This document shows, piece after piece, positions 35,148-36,688 of a stretch of DNA of 36,688 nt. Every line of letters begins with the position of its first letter. The first letter of the stretch is position 1. Made by a program: the position numbers and the translations under genes. This DNA is from a virus (taxonomy: Duplodnaviria; Caudoviricetes): positions 1-36,688 of IMG/VR virus record IMGVR_UViG_3300046786_000925, one strand, 5' to 3'. Under the pieces are notes generated by a model. The model did not search any database and had not been told where the DNA came from. It saw only the letters and a program-made list of their open reading frames with translations.

Positions 35148-36358
35148 TGTCTAGTAATTTTAACGAGAGTGATGGGTCAGATATAACTTCTAAATTTGTC
35201 ACTAAAGATTATTTAATTGATGTTTATCCTTATCTAAATGGATTAGGTAATAATATTAAAATGGCTGGTTTGTGGAATTGGGGATATAATAGTGGTGACT
35301 TAGGTGATAGTACTAATGTAAGTAAATCAAGTCCAGTACAGACCATTGCCGGTGGAACTAATTGGAAACAAGTATCAAAGGGAAGACAACATATCGCTGC
35401 AATAAAAACCGATGGTACGTTATGGTTATGTGGGCTCGGTTCTAATGGTAGTTTAGGTGATAGTACATCCGTTACTAAATCCAGTCCAGTACAGACCATT
35501 GCTGGTGGAACTAATTGGAAACAAGTTTCGGGTGGAACTAGTTTCACTGCTGCAATCAAAACCGATGGTACGTTATGGCTATGGGGGACAAATGCAAATG
35601 GACAATTAGGTGATAGTACAACAACCAGTAAATCAAGTCCAATACAAACCATAACAGGTGGTACTAATTGGAAACAAGTTGCATGTGGGTCTATATATAG
35701 TGCAGCAATAAAAACCGATGGTACTTTATGGGCTTGGGGAAGTAATTTTTACGGCAATTTGGGAAATAGTGATAGATCTACTAAATCAAGTCCAGTACAG
35801 ACAATTGCCGGTGGTACTGATTGGAAACAAGTTGCATGTGGGTATAGACACTCTGCAGCGATAAAAACCGATGGTACATTATGGTTATCTGGGGGTAATA
35901 GTTTTGGTCAATTAGGTGATAGTACAATAGTTAATAAATCGAGTCCGGTACAGACAATTGCAGGTGGTACTAATTGGAAACAAGTTGCGTGTGGATACTA
36001 TCATACCTCAGCGATAAAAACCGATGGTACATTATGGTCATTTGGAGGTACAACTATGTTTGGGCAAATTGGATGTTTAGGTGATAGTACAACAGATCCT
36101 AAATCAAGTCCAGTGCAAACCATTGCAGGTGGTACTAATTGGAAACAAGTAGCATGTGGCGATCTTTTCAGTGTAGCAATAAAAACCGATGGTACTTTAT
36201 GGAGTTGGGGGAGGGGCGACAGCGGACAATTAGGTGATAATAATACAGTGAGTAAATCCAGTCCGGTTCAAACCATTGCTGGTGGTACTAATTGGAAACA
36301 AGCAGCTTGTGGTTCAAGTAGTTCAACAGCGATACAAGAAATGGGGGATGATTTTTGA
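35147..36358 (+). CDS. Second RCC1/BLIP-II-like 7-bladed beta-propeller protein
   Basis: Seven repeats with the same scaffold as 33283-34458; TAATG-coupled start. Confidence 0.9.
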   Translation: MSSNFNESDGSDITSKFVTKDYLIDVYPYLNGLGNNIKMAGLWNWGYNSGDLGDSTNVSKSSPVQTIAGGTNWKQVSKGRQHIAAIKTDGTLWLCGLGSNGSLGDSTSVTKSSPVQTIAGGTNWKQVSGGTSFTAAIKTDGTLWLWGTNANGQLGDSTTTSKSSPIQTITGGTNWKQVACGSIYSAAIKTDGTLWAWGSNFYGNLGNSDRSTKSSPVQTIAGGTDWKQVACGYRHSAAIKTDGTLWLSGGNSFGQLGDSTIVNKSSPVQTIAGGTNWKQVACGYYHTSAIKTDGTLWSFGGTTMFGQIGCLGDSTTDPKSSPVQTIAGGTNWKQVACGDLFSVAIKTDGTLWSWGRGDSGQLGDNNTVSKSSPVQTIAGGTNWKQAACGSSSSTAIQEMGDDF

Positions 36359-36688
36359 TTAAATTATTACAAGCAGATAATTTTTTCAAAGAAGAAGATA
36401 TTTCAACTTTAAGAAATGTTGCATATTCTCTACCATTTGTAGAAAAAGAATACGGTGAAGAAATTGATAATTTTAATTTAGTCATACCTGATCTAGATCC
36501 AGTATTTTCAAAATTATTAGCAGAAGAAGTAGTAGTTGATGAGGAAAATTCCGGCATATTTAGAAAACCTACTTTTGGTATTCATTTTGAAAGTTTTGAA
36601 TCATTATCTGATTGGATATTCATAGTAGCATTGGAAAGAACTACATTTAATTTATATCATCACTTAAGCGGTGCCAAGACTGCATTAG
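36355..36688 (+). CDS. Partial ORF running off the window (not in the ORF track); possibly a 2OG-Fe(II) oxygenase-like fold
   Basis: TTG start overlapping the upstream TGA (TTGA). Open to the window end: MIKLLQADNFFKEED...GIHFESF...WIFIVAL. The DNFF start and H-x-E are reminiscent of 2OG-Fe(II) oxygenases. Confidence 0.55.
   Translation, partial: MIKLLQADNFFKEEDISTLRNVAYSLPFVEKEYGEEIDNFNLVIPDLDPVFSKLLAEEVVVDEENSGIFRKPTFGIHFESFESLSDWIFIVALERTTFNLYHHLSGAKTAL

Noticed and set aside
33373-36330. CRISPR array or DGR variable/template repeat
   Set aside because: The repeats are in-frame 51-codon protein repeats. Variation is not adenine-specific, and there is no RT, template repeat or cas gene in the window.

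Overview
AT-rich fragment of a T4-superfamily (g20-g21-g22-g23 type) tailed phage genome, covering the virion morphogenesis region. In order: an Hc1-like basic protein and an Hjc-type Holliday junction resolvase; a ~530-bp ORF-free, heavily base-paired intergenic element; a putative internal head protein; a reverse-strand gp26-like gene whose gp51-like partner has no start codon and looks reachable only by a -1 frameshift; a tape-measure/hub-like protein; portal, core proteins, prohead protease, scaffold and a compact major capsid protein; ~21 kb of very large mosaic fibre/appendage genes; two 7-repeat RCC1/BLIP-II propellers flanking a fibre-assembly-like gene; and a truncated last ORF. T4-late-like (N)ATAAATA boxes and intrinsic terminators punctuate the region. 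Most notable: (1) two virion-module proteins carry seven helical repeats with a C-x-R-D-(x14)-G-G motif that aligns by eye with the bilin-binding helix of phycobiliproteins, some circularly permuted; (2) a candidate large multi-pseudoknot ncRNA, or RNA-primed origin, at ~900-1376; (3) a lambda G/GT-style slippery site; (4) RCC1 propellers with a homogenised scaffold and hypervariable loops. All assignments come from reading the sequence by eye; no searches were run.
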